A stretch of DNA of 64,000 nucleotides. Origin: Octopus vulgaris (taxonomy: Eukaryota). The DNA lies in contig OX597832.1 in the NCBI GenBank assembly GCA_951406725.2, forward strand, positions 65,286,001-65,350,000, read 5' to 3'. The position numbers and the translations under genes are program-made. The notes under the pieces are model-generated. The model was not told where the DNA came from, searched no databases, and saw only the letters and a program-made list of their open reading frames with translations. Below are positions 27,301-39,943 of the stretch, piece after piece. Positions within the stretch are counted from its first letter, which is position 1. Every line of letters starts with the position of its first letter.

Positions 27301-27710
27301 TGATATTGTTGTAATGAGCAGAAAAGAAAAGAAAAAAATTACGTGATAATTGACATAGAATATCTTAGAGACAAGAGGAATTGAAGTGAGAAATACGCTG
27401 GTTATAGACAATGATGAAGATAGTACAGGTGATACCGATAGTGATTGGTGCACCTAGAAATATCAGTACCCAACTTCCAACATGGATCTAAAAGATTGGA
27501 ACGAATGTGAAGATAGAAATTCTACAAAAATCACCAGTGCTTGGAACTGCAAATGGTCTCCACGGGGTTCTGGCAGCATGATCAGTAAACAGGGGTCTCC
27601 GTAGTGTTCTAGTTGTGGAGTGATGAAACTTTCCCATCATACCTAGCGAAATAAAGCTGGGATCTTTTCCCGATATAACAACAACAACAACTACAACAAC
27701 AACAGCAACA
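24350..27710 (+). mobile_element. Long decayed R4/Dong-clade LINE (RT + RLE)
   Basis: RT motifs DYRK.Y (~26020), RGIFQGDSL (~26188), NHLLFID..KLYGK (~26305) and KYLGIQE split by a SINE. RLE remnants HDDV, KIL*D, PDIVV, VIPIVIGA. (CAA)n tail. Confidence 0.85.
26527..26758 (+). mobile_element. Family 3 SINE inserted into the LINE RT, 9-bp TSD
   Basis: TSD GGTATACAA at 26518-26526 and 26759-26767. Homologous to 7940-8170. Confidence 0.9.
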
Positions 27711-28110
27711 GAGAAGTAGCATGAATACGAACTTGCGGCTGTGATAGAAAATGAGAACTACAGAATTCTATGGGACACACCTATAAAAAAGAAAACAACA
27801 ACTGGATATAGTTTTCAAAACAGCAGATCAAATATGACCATAGAGGACCAAATAAACAAACGATGTAATATAGAATTCGCAATTCCTTATGATAACAGAT
27901 CGATGCCAAATAAATTGAAAAGACTGAGCCATACCAGGTTCTAGCCATAGAACTCAAGAGACTGTGGAAGACAATTGTTCCTGTGGTAATTGGTGCATTT
28001 GACAGATCACACAAAATGCTATCTAAAAGACTGATAGAGATTGGAATCAAGTCTAGCATTGTCGATCTGCAAACAAGTACCATACTAGTCTGTATGAATC
28101 CCAAGACTGA
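27711..28110 (+). mobile_element. Third R4/Dong RLE fragment
   Basis: VIENENYRILWD, IEFAIPYD, LAIELKRLWKTIVPVVIGAF. Confidence 0.75.
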
Positions 28111-28113
28111 TTA

Positions 28114-30255
28114 CACTGTGCAATAAATTTCAGGTTAAAAAAAAGTACAAGTTAAGTAAGACTTGTTTCTGGGTTAAAACAATTGTCCTGATTCTGATTC
28201 TGACCTTTATTTCTCCAGATTAGGCACCGTTTTCCTGTATCATGAACCATATGTTTTATAATATACTGCATACTATTGCGTATTGAACATAACATTGCAA
28301 ATACTGAAAGTTACAAAAACTAAAACAAAAATTTAGTTCGTATAACAAAACATATTTGTTATGAATTAAAAACACACCTGTCAGTTTAAACAACTTTTGT
28401 CCTTCTAAGCCTTTTGTGCAGAGTATGGTCTTCTTTTTTTATACCCCAGCAGTAGTCTACCAACATGCCAGGTTTTCATTTTCCTTTGAATCATCGCTCC
28501 ATCACTGAAATATCCTCATGGAATCTTTCGCCATGTTCATCACTCACATTCCCAAGATTTTCCGCAAAATATCCAAATGAGAGTGAAGCACATGAACTTT
28601 TACAGACATTTTACATCCCATATCATGATAATGACTCAGCAGATCATTCACAAATTGCACATACGATCATTGCCCAGGAGGTTATCACAAACTTTCTTGA
28701 ATGACTCAAGGGCAAGCTTCTCTTTTCTTTTGTGATGTGTGATGAAGGTTTCATCAAGTACAATTTTTCGCAATTTGAGACCTGTGAAGAAACCTTCTTT
28801 AATTTTAGCTTGACACACAGAAGGGAACTTTTCTGCAAGATATGCAAATATAGAGGATTCCTTGTCCAAGGCTTTTACAAATTGCTTAAACAAACCAAGT
28901 TTAACATGCAAAGGTGGTAAAAAAATTATATTACTTTTCACAAGTGATTTGTGCATAATGTACTTCCTTGCTGAATTTCATTTTGGATCGGCCAATACTT
29001 GCGTTTATAATGTTCAGCTCTTGCTCTGGAATTCCATAAGCACAGGAAGCAGCAAAATTAAGTATAGCCAAGCTGAAGGCCAGTAAGCATGACCACAACC
29101 TTAAAATCTGCACAAGTATGCCAGGTATGGTCATCATACTGTATGCTTGTTAGAATTGCTTTCAGATTTTCATATGATTCTTTCATGGTTGTGCTATAAG
29201 CTATGGGAACAGAAGGCAGAGTGTTACCATTGTGTAGCAGAACACAATGCTGTCTTTGGATGCATCTATGATAAGTCGCCGGTTGGTTTCATCATATGGT
29301 ATTTCCAGTTGCTCAAAAAGATGAGTGATGACATTACGAAAGCATAAGTCATAATTCATGGTGAATAATGCAAGCAGATCCTCTGTACGTTTTCTGTACA
29401 GTGTTATCTTCACACCTTTCTCAAGAAGGTTACGTTCTTGAAGCCTTGATGAGAGAAACTCACTTTTCTCTTTGGTTAAATCGAGATCCCTGCACAAGTC
29501 ATTTAGAGCCTCTTGACAAAATGGTATTGGTTTATTCTCACTTTCTGTATCATTGGGCTCCACACACTCACCACTGGAATGTTAATCAGCACTGATGGAA
29601 TTCTGCATTTTTTGATCTGGAGGTTTGGGCACAGATAAATTTTCTGAGTGCTCTACTGGATGCATTGAAGATTGCAAATTTGGTTAAATAATGTGTTTCT
29701 TTTTCTTTGCTGTAGTACAGCATGTAAAGTCATGGTGACAGAAATAGCAAAAAATTAGAGTAATCTTTCTCATATGAACGTTTTTTCCTGCATACCAGGC
29801 ACTCAATGACTTCACACATGTAAGGCAACACACACGACTTATTCGGGTCTCGTAAGTAACAATGAAAGTACACCTTGTATATTGTCTTGATATGGCGTGT
29901 AATACTGTGGTTTCCTTTAGCAAAAGTCAACTCCCCACAAATATATCAGAATCTTTTTGGATCATTTTTGCTCTAACTTGCACTCATTGTTGAAAACAAA
30001 TAAGATTTGAAAGATAAAAATAACATTAAACACAAGCTTTGAATCACATTGAATCTCTAGCCCTGGGTCAAAACCTATTTTACAATGCAGTGGAGAATTT
30101 TATTTAATAATAATGATAAAAAGGGTATACAGTGACAATTCTGTAGAAAACCTGCCTAATCCAACAAAAAGAAGGCCAGAAATGGATTTCCCATGTCATT
30201 TTGCATATAAAAATGGCCACAGATCTCTTGTACTTCTTTTTAGTGTTGCACGGTG
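28114..30255 (-). mobile_element. Chapaev3 (CMC superfamily) DNA transposon, full length, decayed transposase
   Basis: TIRs CACTGTGCAA (28114) and TTGCACGGTG (30246-30255), 3-bp TSD TTA on both sides. Minus-strand motifs F*YICGE, QEALNDLCRDLDLTKEKSEFLSSRLQERNLL, LPPLHVKLGLFKQFVKALD, SDEHGERFH. Confidence 0.88.
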
Positions 30256-30429
30256 TTATTGAGATTTGAGGAGAGCTGTTTTTCACCAAATTTAAAGATA
30301 ATATTGCTGTTAATTAAATCACTAGCATGATGATGATATGGTATGGACGACGACGACAATAACGATGATGATGATGATAATGATGTGGAGGAGGAAGTGA
30401 ATGAAAATAAATTCTTGAAATTAGTTCTC

Positions 30430-30710
30430 ATTTCGTCTGCCCCTTTTTGTAGCACAGCAACGGAAACAATTGACCACATCATCTCTGGATACTCCATGCC
30501 TTTCTCAAATGAATATATTAATCACCATGATAGACTTTGTCACTATTTACATTAAATCATTTACCGTAAGTCTTGACTCCCATATGATAAGAACTAGTCA
30601 AACTATTAGAAAATAAAAATACCACTGTTCTTCGGGTCCTTAACATCCAAACTGACCGTGTTATACATGAGAATTGTCTAGACAGAGTGGTAAAAAATCA
30701 CGTTGAACAG
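30430..30710 (+). mobile_element. R4/Dong CCHC-RLE fragment
   Basis: CPFCSTATETIDHIISG..EYINHHDRLCHYLH. Confidence 0.7.
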
Positions 30711-30724
30711 AGCATTATTATTAT

Positions 30725-30941
30725 TTCAAATTTTGCCACAAGGGCAGCTTGGAGGAGGTGGGGATGAGTCGATTATATCGACCACAGAGTTCAGCTGGTA
30801 CTTGGTACTTATTTTATCGATTACGAAATGGACGAAAAGTAAAGTTAGCCCGACAGAATTTGTACTATGAACGGAGCGTTGAGAGAAACACCGCTTAGCA
30901 TTTCGTGCAGCGCGCTAACGATTCTGCCAGCTCGCCGCCTT
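30725..30941 (-). mobile_element. Family 3 SINE, diverged
   Basis: Ends ..GCTAACGATTCTGCCAGCTCGCCGCC, the reverse of the SINE head. Confidence 0.75.
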
Positions 30942-30955
30942 TCATAATAATAATA

Positions 30956-31263
30956 TTAGAACGAGTACTCAGAGGGCGCGAACGTCCGCTAAGTCAACAC
31001 CACCATCCTCTCAACGATTAGCCAGAGATGATTTTCAAAATGAGAATATCTGAAATAAACTCGACTACTCTCACAAATTAAGTAAAAAGACAGGAAAAAT
31101 AATCTATAATCCTTGTCCGGTATCAAATCGATCTCAAATTCTAATCAGTTACGCTGCCAAACATCCTTGAAAGTCTCATCTGAATTCAGTCAGCGGTTCT
31201 TGAGATATCTTGCCCACAAACACGATTGAAAGGGATACCTCTGCCTTAGCGAAGGCGGAGGTA
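30956..31263. mobile_element. HINE/DINE-like (Helentron-associated) non-autonomous element
   Basis: Left end TTAGAACGAGTACTCAGAGGGCGCGAACGTCCGCTAAG. Right-end hairpin TACCTCTGCCTT-AGCG-AAGGCGGAGGTA, related to the left subterminal motif. Confidence 0.55.
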
Positions 31264-31271
31264 ACAATAGT

Positions 31272-31642
31272 CCTTTCTATTAAGGCACAAGGCCTGACAT
31301 TTGGGGGAAGAGAATAGTCGATTACATCGACACCAGTGTGTAACTGGTACTTAATTCATGGACCCCGAAAGGTTGAAAGGAAAAGTCGACCTCGGCGGAA
31401 TTTGAACTCATAACATAGCGATGGGCGAAATACCTATATCTTTACTACCCACAAGGGGCTAAACACAGAGAGGACAAACAAGGATAGACAAACGGATTAA
31501 GTCAATTGCATCGACCCCAGTGCATAACTGGTACTTTATTTATCGGCCCCGAAATGATGAATTTGAACCCAGATTGTAAAGGCAGACGAAATACCGCGAA
31601 GCATTTCGTCCGATGTGCTAACGATTCTGCCAGCTCAGCCTT
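31272..31642 (-). mobile_element. Two nested or tandem family 3 SINE pieces
   Basis: Repeated CGACCCCAGTG..TAACTGGTACTT..CCCCGAAA motifs and the SINE head at about 31620-31640. Confidence 0.75.
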
Positions 31643-31644
31643 TC

Positions 31645-31701
<57 letters not shown>

Positions 31702-32597
31702 CCCATATATGTAAGTAGAACGTGTGAAATTATTAGGATGATTGTTCCACTTAAGTTTAGTTTGTGTATAATTATCACTAACATGTATTCACTCATTAAT
31801 TAAATAATTGTTTGTGGAAAAGATTTTTCCGATCAGACATAACATTAATATTAAATTAATTCTGGTTGGACACATAAATATCAAATATTAGCAATAAAAA
31901 TCTTAATCGAACATATACGTTAACCCTCCTCCTGTTTCTTCCATTGTTTTAACCATGTAAAATGTGCTGTAAATAATTCTGTTGTTTCGAAATCGTTCAT
32001 TACGCAAAATTTATTTGCAGTTAATGATTGAAAATTTAAAAATTAGTTTAAATTAAAATTTAATCAGCTTAATTATATTTTAATGATCATCTGACAGATA
32101 TTTGTTTCAGTGTATTTTGGTTTTCAAATAAAATAAATGTACTAAAATTTACAACTATTTGCATGATATTTAAAAGATATTAATAACAGCTTTAGTAGGA
32201 GTAAAGAAGAAGAATTGCTATGATCTTATCACTTTTGAAAAGAGTATTCCTTTATACTACAGAAATCCTAACCTTTATACACCCTTCTGAAGTCATTGTT
32301 CGTCGCCATATAAATAAAGATTAATTGGAATATTTCGTAACGACTCATAGCTAAACGTGATATAGTTTTGTATATAATTAGAAGCATGGAGATCTTCCAG
32401 CTAATATATACACATACACGCACACACATGCACATAATGCACTCACATACACACACGTATACGTGTGTGTGTGTGATAAGACGCTTGCCTTCCAACCACA
32501 TGGTTCCGGTTTCAGGTGTATTCTACTATAGATTCGGGTCGACCCAAATCTTGCAGGCGCGGGGTGGGGAGTAAACAGAAATTGAAAGAAGCTCGTC

Positions 32598-32634
<37 letters not shown>

Positions 32635-33049
32635 TAAAGTTGATGTTTATCAGTTTAAAAAAAATCTCTGCATTCTCTATGAGTGGTCATTGTAACCATT
32701 TGACATTAACCTAGTTTTCCTAATGCTAAATCTGTTTACCAAAGAGTAGTAAAAGGCATCTGTAGTGTGACAACCATTTTCTCTCTACCTCAATTTCTTT
32801 ATATGGAACTTTGACGTCTATTTCACACCTATTTCTATAAATAGAAAATCTTTCTTGTCTCCTTTCAATTGTTCATTCTTCTCAAAACCTTCTAGCAGTT
32901 CAAAGCAACTGAACATTCTTCAGTCAGTTGATAAGCTCCACTACCTTAAATGTTCTTAAAATTTAAATCCACATCTTTGTCTATATATCTACCTTCTCTA
33001 TAATGTTATCAATTGATATGAGAATTATGTAATAATGGAAAACCTCTAT

Positions 33050-33140
33050 TAATGACTGATGAGTGCTCAGCATCTCAAATCTGTTGTAATACTTACAACA
33101 TTTAATAAAATGATGTAGTGCGAAACGATCGTACCAAATT
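33050..33140 (+). ncRNA. Type I hammerhead with long stem II, degenerate stem I
   Basis: UGA CUGAUGA GUGCU-(~49 nt with internal hairpin UGUUGUAA/UUACAACA)-AGUGC GAAAC GAUC GUA CCA. Confidence 0.65.
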
Positions 33141-33422
33141 ACCGAAGTTATTCTTGTTGCTTATTTTGATTATAATCACACCATGGATTTATATGGATAA
33201 CACCATACAAAATTCTCAAGTACCATATTCATTTGAATCAAAATTTTGCTGAACTTATATATATATATATTTATATATATATAGTACAAAGTAAGATATT
33301 GATGTATATTGTTTTGTTCGATTTTCATGTTCCTATTTATATAATTAATAAATAATATGAAATTGTAATACCTGTAAGTTGATGATCGAAATGAATTTGT
33401 TCCTCCATTTTCTTATTTGTAT

Positions 33423-33462
<40 letters not shown>

Positions 33463-33557
33463 GGTCTCGGTTTGAGTCGGGGTTAACCACAGTAAATAAG
33501 GCACGCAATACATAGCAGAGTAAATTAATTTATTTTATAGAAGGAGCTTCTACAGGA

Positions 33558-33787
33558 CTAGAACTGTTTCATTCAAATGAAATCACCAGGAAGATTGCTG
33601 TCAAAATAAGTTTTGCCATTTATACATTTAGGCAGATTTAATGGGGTGGTGGTGGGGAACTTTTTTGGGTAAGCAGGGCACAAACTGTCTTTCTTAGGGG
33701 AGTGGTCAAAAGGATCAGTGATAAAGTAGATAAATGAATAAATAGAATAATAGAATAGAGTTTTAGGTAACTAAGAAGACTATCGCT

Positions 33788-33865
<78 letters not shown>

Positions 33866-33978
33866 CATATACACATACATATACATACACACACATACAT
33901 ATACATACACACATATATATACAAACAAATATACATATACATACATGCCAACACGCAAGCACACGCACACATATGTCT

Positions 33979-34016
<38 letters not shown>

Positions 34017-34279
34017 CCACACACGCCCCCATATATATATATGTATACACACATACATATATATACACACACATTATATAATGTGTGTGTATATGTATGT
34101 GTATATATATATATATATATATGGGTGTGTGTATGGGTGTGTATATTTTTATATATATATGCGCAGACATATGTGTGCGTGTGCTTGCGTGTTGGCATGT
34201 ATGTATATGTGTATTTGTATGTATATATATGTGTGTATGTATATATATGTGTGTGTGTATGTATGTGTATGTGTATATG

Positions 34280-34312
<33 letters not shown>

Positions 34313-34560
34313 ATGTATATATATATATATAAGCGATAGTCTTCTTATTTACCTAAAACTCTATTCTATTATTCTATTTATTCATTTATCTACTTTATCA
34401 CTGATCCTTTTGACCACTCCACTAAGAAAGACAGTTTGTGCCCTGCTTACCCAAAAAAGTCCCCCACTACCACCCCATTAAATCTGCCTAAATGTATAAA
34501 TGCCAAAACTTATTTAGACAGCAAGCTTCCTGATGATTTCATTTGAATGAAACAGTTCTA
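33558..34560. repeat. ~1-kb spacerless palindrome (PLE-like ends plus mirrored microsatellite DNA)
   Basis: Axis at 34077/34078 (ACATTAT|ATAATGT). 33558-33790 mirrors 34330-34560 with scattered substitutions. HHR-like CUGAUGA..GAAAC at 34530-34553. Confidence 0.85.
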
Positions 34561-34564
34561 TCTA

Positions 34565-34590
34565 GTAGGTGTGTATGTATGTATATATAC

Positions 34591-34643
<53 letters not shown>

Positions 34644-35361
34644 TAGCCTGATGCATTCAGAAATACATGAATAAAAATCTATACACATATGCATATTCAG
34701 ATATACCCAAACCCATACATATGCCTGCATTTTTGGGTGAAGTACATTTACGAGTATTATGATGGAGTACCATGCTCCTAGAAATAGACGTTGGACGTAT
34801 AGCATCTCTTCAATTTTCTCTCTTCTACTCTCTTGTGTAATCTTGTAAATAATTGCATTTATAGCTAAAATTTTGGTAGAAATGACTAATTTTGTCCCTC
34901 TTAGCGTGTGGCATGTATGTATAATAATGCCCTCTATATATAAATTAATATGTTCAATAAGAAATAATTATTTTCGAAATTTTTTCTCTTATGAGGTCTT
35001 TCACGCTATCTACCTGATAATTTATTGTTAAGTTTTCCTTATTAAGAAGTTGTCCTTAATTGCTAAATATATATATATAATATATATATATATATACATA
35101 TATGTGTGTGTGTGTATCTGCGTAAGTATCGTTTGAATATGGTGTTTGCTACCCACATCACCGCTTGGCAAACGGTAGTGGTCTGATTATGTCCCTATAA
35201 CTTCAGTGCTCCGGCAAAAAGACCGATGGCTCAAAGAATAAGTGCGATTTGGTCCGCTTAAACCGAAGGCTCAAAAGAATAAGTGCAGCGATTTGCTTAA
35301 ATCAACAAAGCAATGCTCCAGCATCGCGACTGTCAAATGGCTGAAACAAGTAAAACAATAA

Positions 35362-35410
<49 letters not shown>

Positions 35411-35454
35411 GTATGTATATATAGGTAGGTGTGTATGTATGTATATATACAGAG

Positions 35455-35487
<33 letters not shown>

Positions 35488-35700
35488 AGAGAGAGAGATA
35501 GCCTGATGCATTCAGAAATACATGAATAAAAATCTATACACATATGCATATTCAGATATACCCAAACCCATACATATGCCTGCATTTTTGGGTGAAGTAC
35601 ATTTACGAGTATTATGATGGAGTACCATGCTCCTAGAAATAGACGTTGGACGTATAGCATCTCTTCAATTTTCTCTCTTCTACTCTCTTGTGTAATCTTG
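34565..35700 (+). repeat. ~280-bp local direct duplication (34565-34845 and 35426-35700)
   Basis: Identical unique sequence; the copies differ only in the (GA)n/(GATA)n part. Confidence 0.9.
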
Positions 35701-35793
35701 ATCTATTAATACATGAATATCTGTATATTTATACTTAAATTATTATCGCGGGAAAATCTTCAGTCTTCCTGTTTGCACGCATACATATATATG

Positions 35794-35991
<198 letters not shown>

Positions 35992-35995
35992 TGAA

Positions 35996-36325
35996 GGCGC
36001 ATGGTTCAGTGGTTAGAGCATCGAGCTTACGATCGGGAGGTTGTGAGCTCGAATCCCGGACCGGGCTGCGTGTTGTGTTCTTGAGCAAGGCACTTTATTT
36101 CACGTTGCTCCAGTTCACTCAGCTGTAGAAATGAGTTGCGACGTCACTGGTGCCAAGCTGTATCGACCTTTGTCTTTCCCTTGGATAACACTGGTGGCGT
36201 GGAGAGGGGAGGCTGGTATGCATGGGCGACTGCTGGTCTTCCATAAACAACCTTGCCCGGACTTGTGTCTAGGAGGGTAACTTTTAGGTGCAATCCCATG
36301 GTCATTCATGACCGAAGGGGGTCTT

Positions 36326-36330
<5 letters not shown>
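35996..36330 (+). mobile_element. tRNA-derived SINE (family 4, CORE-like body), full length in (TA)n
   Basis: Head GGCGCATGGTTCAGTGGTTAGAGC..GCTCGAATCCCGG, then GTGTTCTTGAGCAAGGCACTTTA..CAGCTGTAGAAATGAGT. Confidence 0.8.
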
Positions 36331-36391
<61 letters not shown>

Positions 36392-36399
36392 GTATATAT

Positions 36400-36768
36400 A
36401 GTAAAAGGGTAAGATTAATTAATTATTAATTAATAATTTTACCAAGTAGTGTTCAGTATGTAAAAATACCATTTACGGTATATTTAAAACATTACGTTAT
36501 ATAATTAGGGTTTAGTAAAAAAAATTACTTTACCCTACACCGAACTTTTAGAAATAGCAGCCAAAAAATTTAGCTATTTCCTCCACTATAAGAAGAGTCT
36601 CCCAGAGAATGTATACTCAAAAATACCTACGTGAATTATTTTTTAGTATACATTGTCTGGAAGACTTTTCTTATAGTAGAGGAAATAGCTAAATTTTTGG
36701 GCTGCTATTTCTAAAGGTTCGGTGTGTGGTAAAGTAATTTTTTTTTACTGAACCCTAATTATATAATG

Positions 36769-36770
<2 letters not shown>
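36400..36770. mobile_element. Fold-back PLE-like element (family B-related) in (TA)n
   Basis: 36497-36625 is an inverse of 36637-36766. Shares TAGAAATA(G/A)CAGCCAAA with the 2590 element and is homologous to 55425-55760. Confidence 0.75.
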
Positions 36771-36821
<51 letters not shown>

Positions 36822-36929
36822 TGGCCTGCTCGCCTTGCCAGCGGGGTGGCGTCACTTGAAGGCTAAATTAATGCGAAGCGCATTGTGACCAGCGATATGT
36901 AGCAACATCTGATAGCCTGGTCAGTCACG

Positions 36930-36992
<63 letters not shown>

Positions 36993-37457
36993 TATATATA
37001 AAACTGAAATGCGTTTTTACCGCTTGGCTCTCTTTCAATGCCACTACATCCCGTCCGATTCGCTCCAAAATTTACAGGGACATGTAGAATGAGGTGACGA
37101 TGCCCGTGGGCTACCTTAGAAATCCCTATCTTAAAAGGTGTGGTTGCTAGGGGCTATCTTCTTCACTCACGCTATTTCCTCCATTCCCCCCTAACTCCCC
37201 TTCAGTTATATCTTTGACAATGTCCACTCCCGTTATTTAACGTATCTGTCTTCCTCAACTCACTCTCGCTATTTCTTCTCTTCCCAGAACGTTTTCACTC
37301 ACTCTATCTCTTAGCTTCCCATAACTTTCACTTATGTATCTGTCCGCATTCATACAGAGAAACAAATATTTCATCGCCATCGCCATCGCATTCTATTGTC
37401 TACCTGTCAACGCGCCGATCGACCGACGCTCACGTATGAGAGAGACTCCAACACACA

Positions 37458-37541
<84 letters not shown>

Positions 37542-37738
37542 GTGTGCATTATGTGGTCGGTCGGTTCAGCTGAAAATATGCACACCTATGTTAAAAGTGC
37601 TGGCAAGTTTGCATGACAACTATTTTGTTCCTCAAATTAAAGGCGTGACCCCTACGACAAAATACCTCATCTTATAAAATGTGGCCCCAGTAGACCCGAA
37701 TATCGACCAAATACAAACAGAACACACCAACGAGCGTT

Positions 37739-37775
<37 letters not shown>

Positions 37776-39013
37776 TCTATATATAAATATGTATATATAA
37801 TGCATATATACAAAGTGTATATATCTGTATTTATGTATATTAAACTTTTTAATACTTTTTGATTGTTACGTAAAGGGAACTGGTTGCTTCTTTCCATTTT
37901 TTGGGTGCAACTTGGGTGCGAGACAGATAATTTTCTCTGTTAATTACGTGACCAACAGGGGTCTAACAGGGGGAAATTATGCCTAAACATGAGCGCAGCG
38001 CATGTGAACATCCGACGTGCTTTGAGTCGGGAGAAGAAATGAGCTGACGCAGACGTGTTGCAAAACAAGGGAGTACACGTGCAGAACAGAGGTGCATGAG
38101 TGCAATAGGGCTTGCTAGGCCGAAATACAGTGTACAGTATTGAATATGCCAGTGATTAATGCAGTAAGGCTGAGGCTGCCAGCCAGTGCTTGAGCTATTA
38201 TATGCCTCGGTCGTGCAGGAACAAAAGTGTGGCATGCTGGCGCGTTTTAAGGGACAAACAACTTTCTCTATGTATGCGTGACCGACCTAGGGTCTTACAG
38301 AGATGAGTTGTGTTTACAAGGGCACATTGAGCATGGAAAACAAGCGAGAAAGGCTTGTGTGGCGTATGAATGTGACAGAGATAGCATTTGTGTGTGTATT
38401 AACTATGTGTGTTCGTGTGTGCGACAGAAGTACAAACAAGGTGTATGCGGGCAAAACTAAATACAGCGCATAGGAAAAGTCTCTCAGGGTATTTCAGACA
38501 AGATGGAGTTAATTTACCAGTTCGTAGTAAAGTACATAATAGCAGTTCGTTCTCTAACAGGATGTTCGGATCACAAGTACAGATGCCGGTTGAACACATG
38601 TCGTGTAGCGGTTGTGGCTTCAATGCTGTGCCAGGTTACATTGGTATAGAATGTCTCGCAGGTAGTGCTGTGCTGTTAACCTCGGTGAAAATCATAACAG
38701 CGTGAAAGCTAAACTTGAATGAGTGCTATGTACATATTAGTGTTGCTGGAGATGAAGGCGACGGAGATGGAGACGACGTGAAGTTGAAGGACGACGATGG
38801 TGATGGCGACGGCAGAGAAAGGCGACGGCAGAGATGAAGGCGTCGGTGGCGTTGCTGGTGTATGTTAGCGTCGTCATTGGCTGGAGCAGGAACATGACTG
38901 GCTGGTCTGGTCGTCTGTCGCTGGAACTGGAACATGGTTGAGTAAGCTCTGTGTGGATGAAGACTGCGGCGGATTGATTGGTTCAGACTAGGTAGAAACT
39001 AGATTTTAGCTAC

Positions 39014-39265
39014 GTGTTCTATGGTCTATGACCAGAACTCGGGAAACTTGGTTGAGTGTTCTATGGTCTATGACCAGAACTCGGGAAATTTGGTTGAGTG
39101 TTCTATGGTCTATGATCAGAACTCGGGAAACTTGGTTGAGTGTTCTATGGTCTGTGACCAGAACTCGGGAAACTTGCTTTACTGTTCTATGGTCTATGAC
39201 CAGAACTCGGGAAACTTGGTTGAGTGTTCTATGGTCTATGACCAGAACTCGGGAAACTTGGTTGA
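39014..39265 (+). repeat. 42-bp minisatellite x6
   Basis: GTGTTCTATGGTCTATGACCAGAACTCGGGAAACTTGGTTGA, contiguous units with no spacers. Confidence 0.95.
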
Positions 39266-39943
39266 GTCCTCATCTTATAAAATGTAGCCCCAGTAGACCC
39301 AAATGAAATCGGATTATATTAACCAAAATGTGAAAAGGGGTAAAATGGGGCTGGAAGGGGATTAAAATTTAAAGGAACGGGTGTTTAGCAATTCTCTGTT
39401 ACATCAAGCTAAAAAAAATTGCGCCAGCCTTTTAATCGTCAATGTGTTGCCGTCCATGATGAAGAAGTTTTGAATGCTTGCCATGGTGAGTCTACTGTCG
39501 TGAGACAGAATCAATTCAAAACTTGGTGTTTAGGGATTTTCTTTTACATCAAGTTCAAAATATTACGCCAGCCGTTAAACTGTCAATACGTTGCTGTCCG
39601 TCGTTAAGAAATGCCAGCCATGGTGACTCTACTATCCTCAAATTCTATCCCTTCAAACTTTGGTTTCCAATATTTTATTATTTTTATTCAGCTCGCAAGT
39701 TCGTCTGTCCCTTTTAATTGTTAGTGATTTTGCTGTCTGCCTTGAAGCAGACCTTTCCGTTGTTACTGCCTGATATTTATGATTGATCTTTCTAAATATT
39801 TTATTTCTCAACTTACTCAAGATACTTTGTTGTTTATCAATGGGAGAGAGTAAGATAAAGATAGAGAGTAAGAGAAAGCGAGGGAGAGTCCGAGAGAAAG
39901 GAAGAGTAACAGAGTGGGAAAGTGAGAGAGAAAGGAGGGAGAA

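Noticed and set aside
35996-36065. tRNA gene
   Set aside because: The tRNA-like head continues into a SINE body; no proper acceptor stem or terminator.
36655-36700. CUGGAAGA..GAAA motif in a fold-back arm
   Set aside because: Core length is wrong and there is no NUH plus stem I.
39014-39265. CRISPR-like array
   Set aside because: Units are contiguous and near-identical with no unique spacers, there are no cas genes, and the context is eukaryotic.
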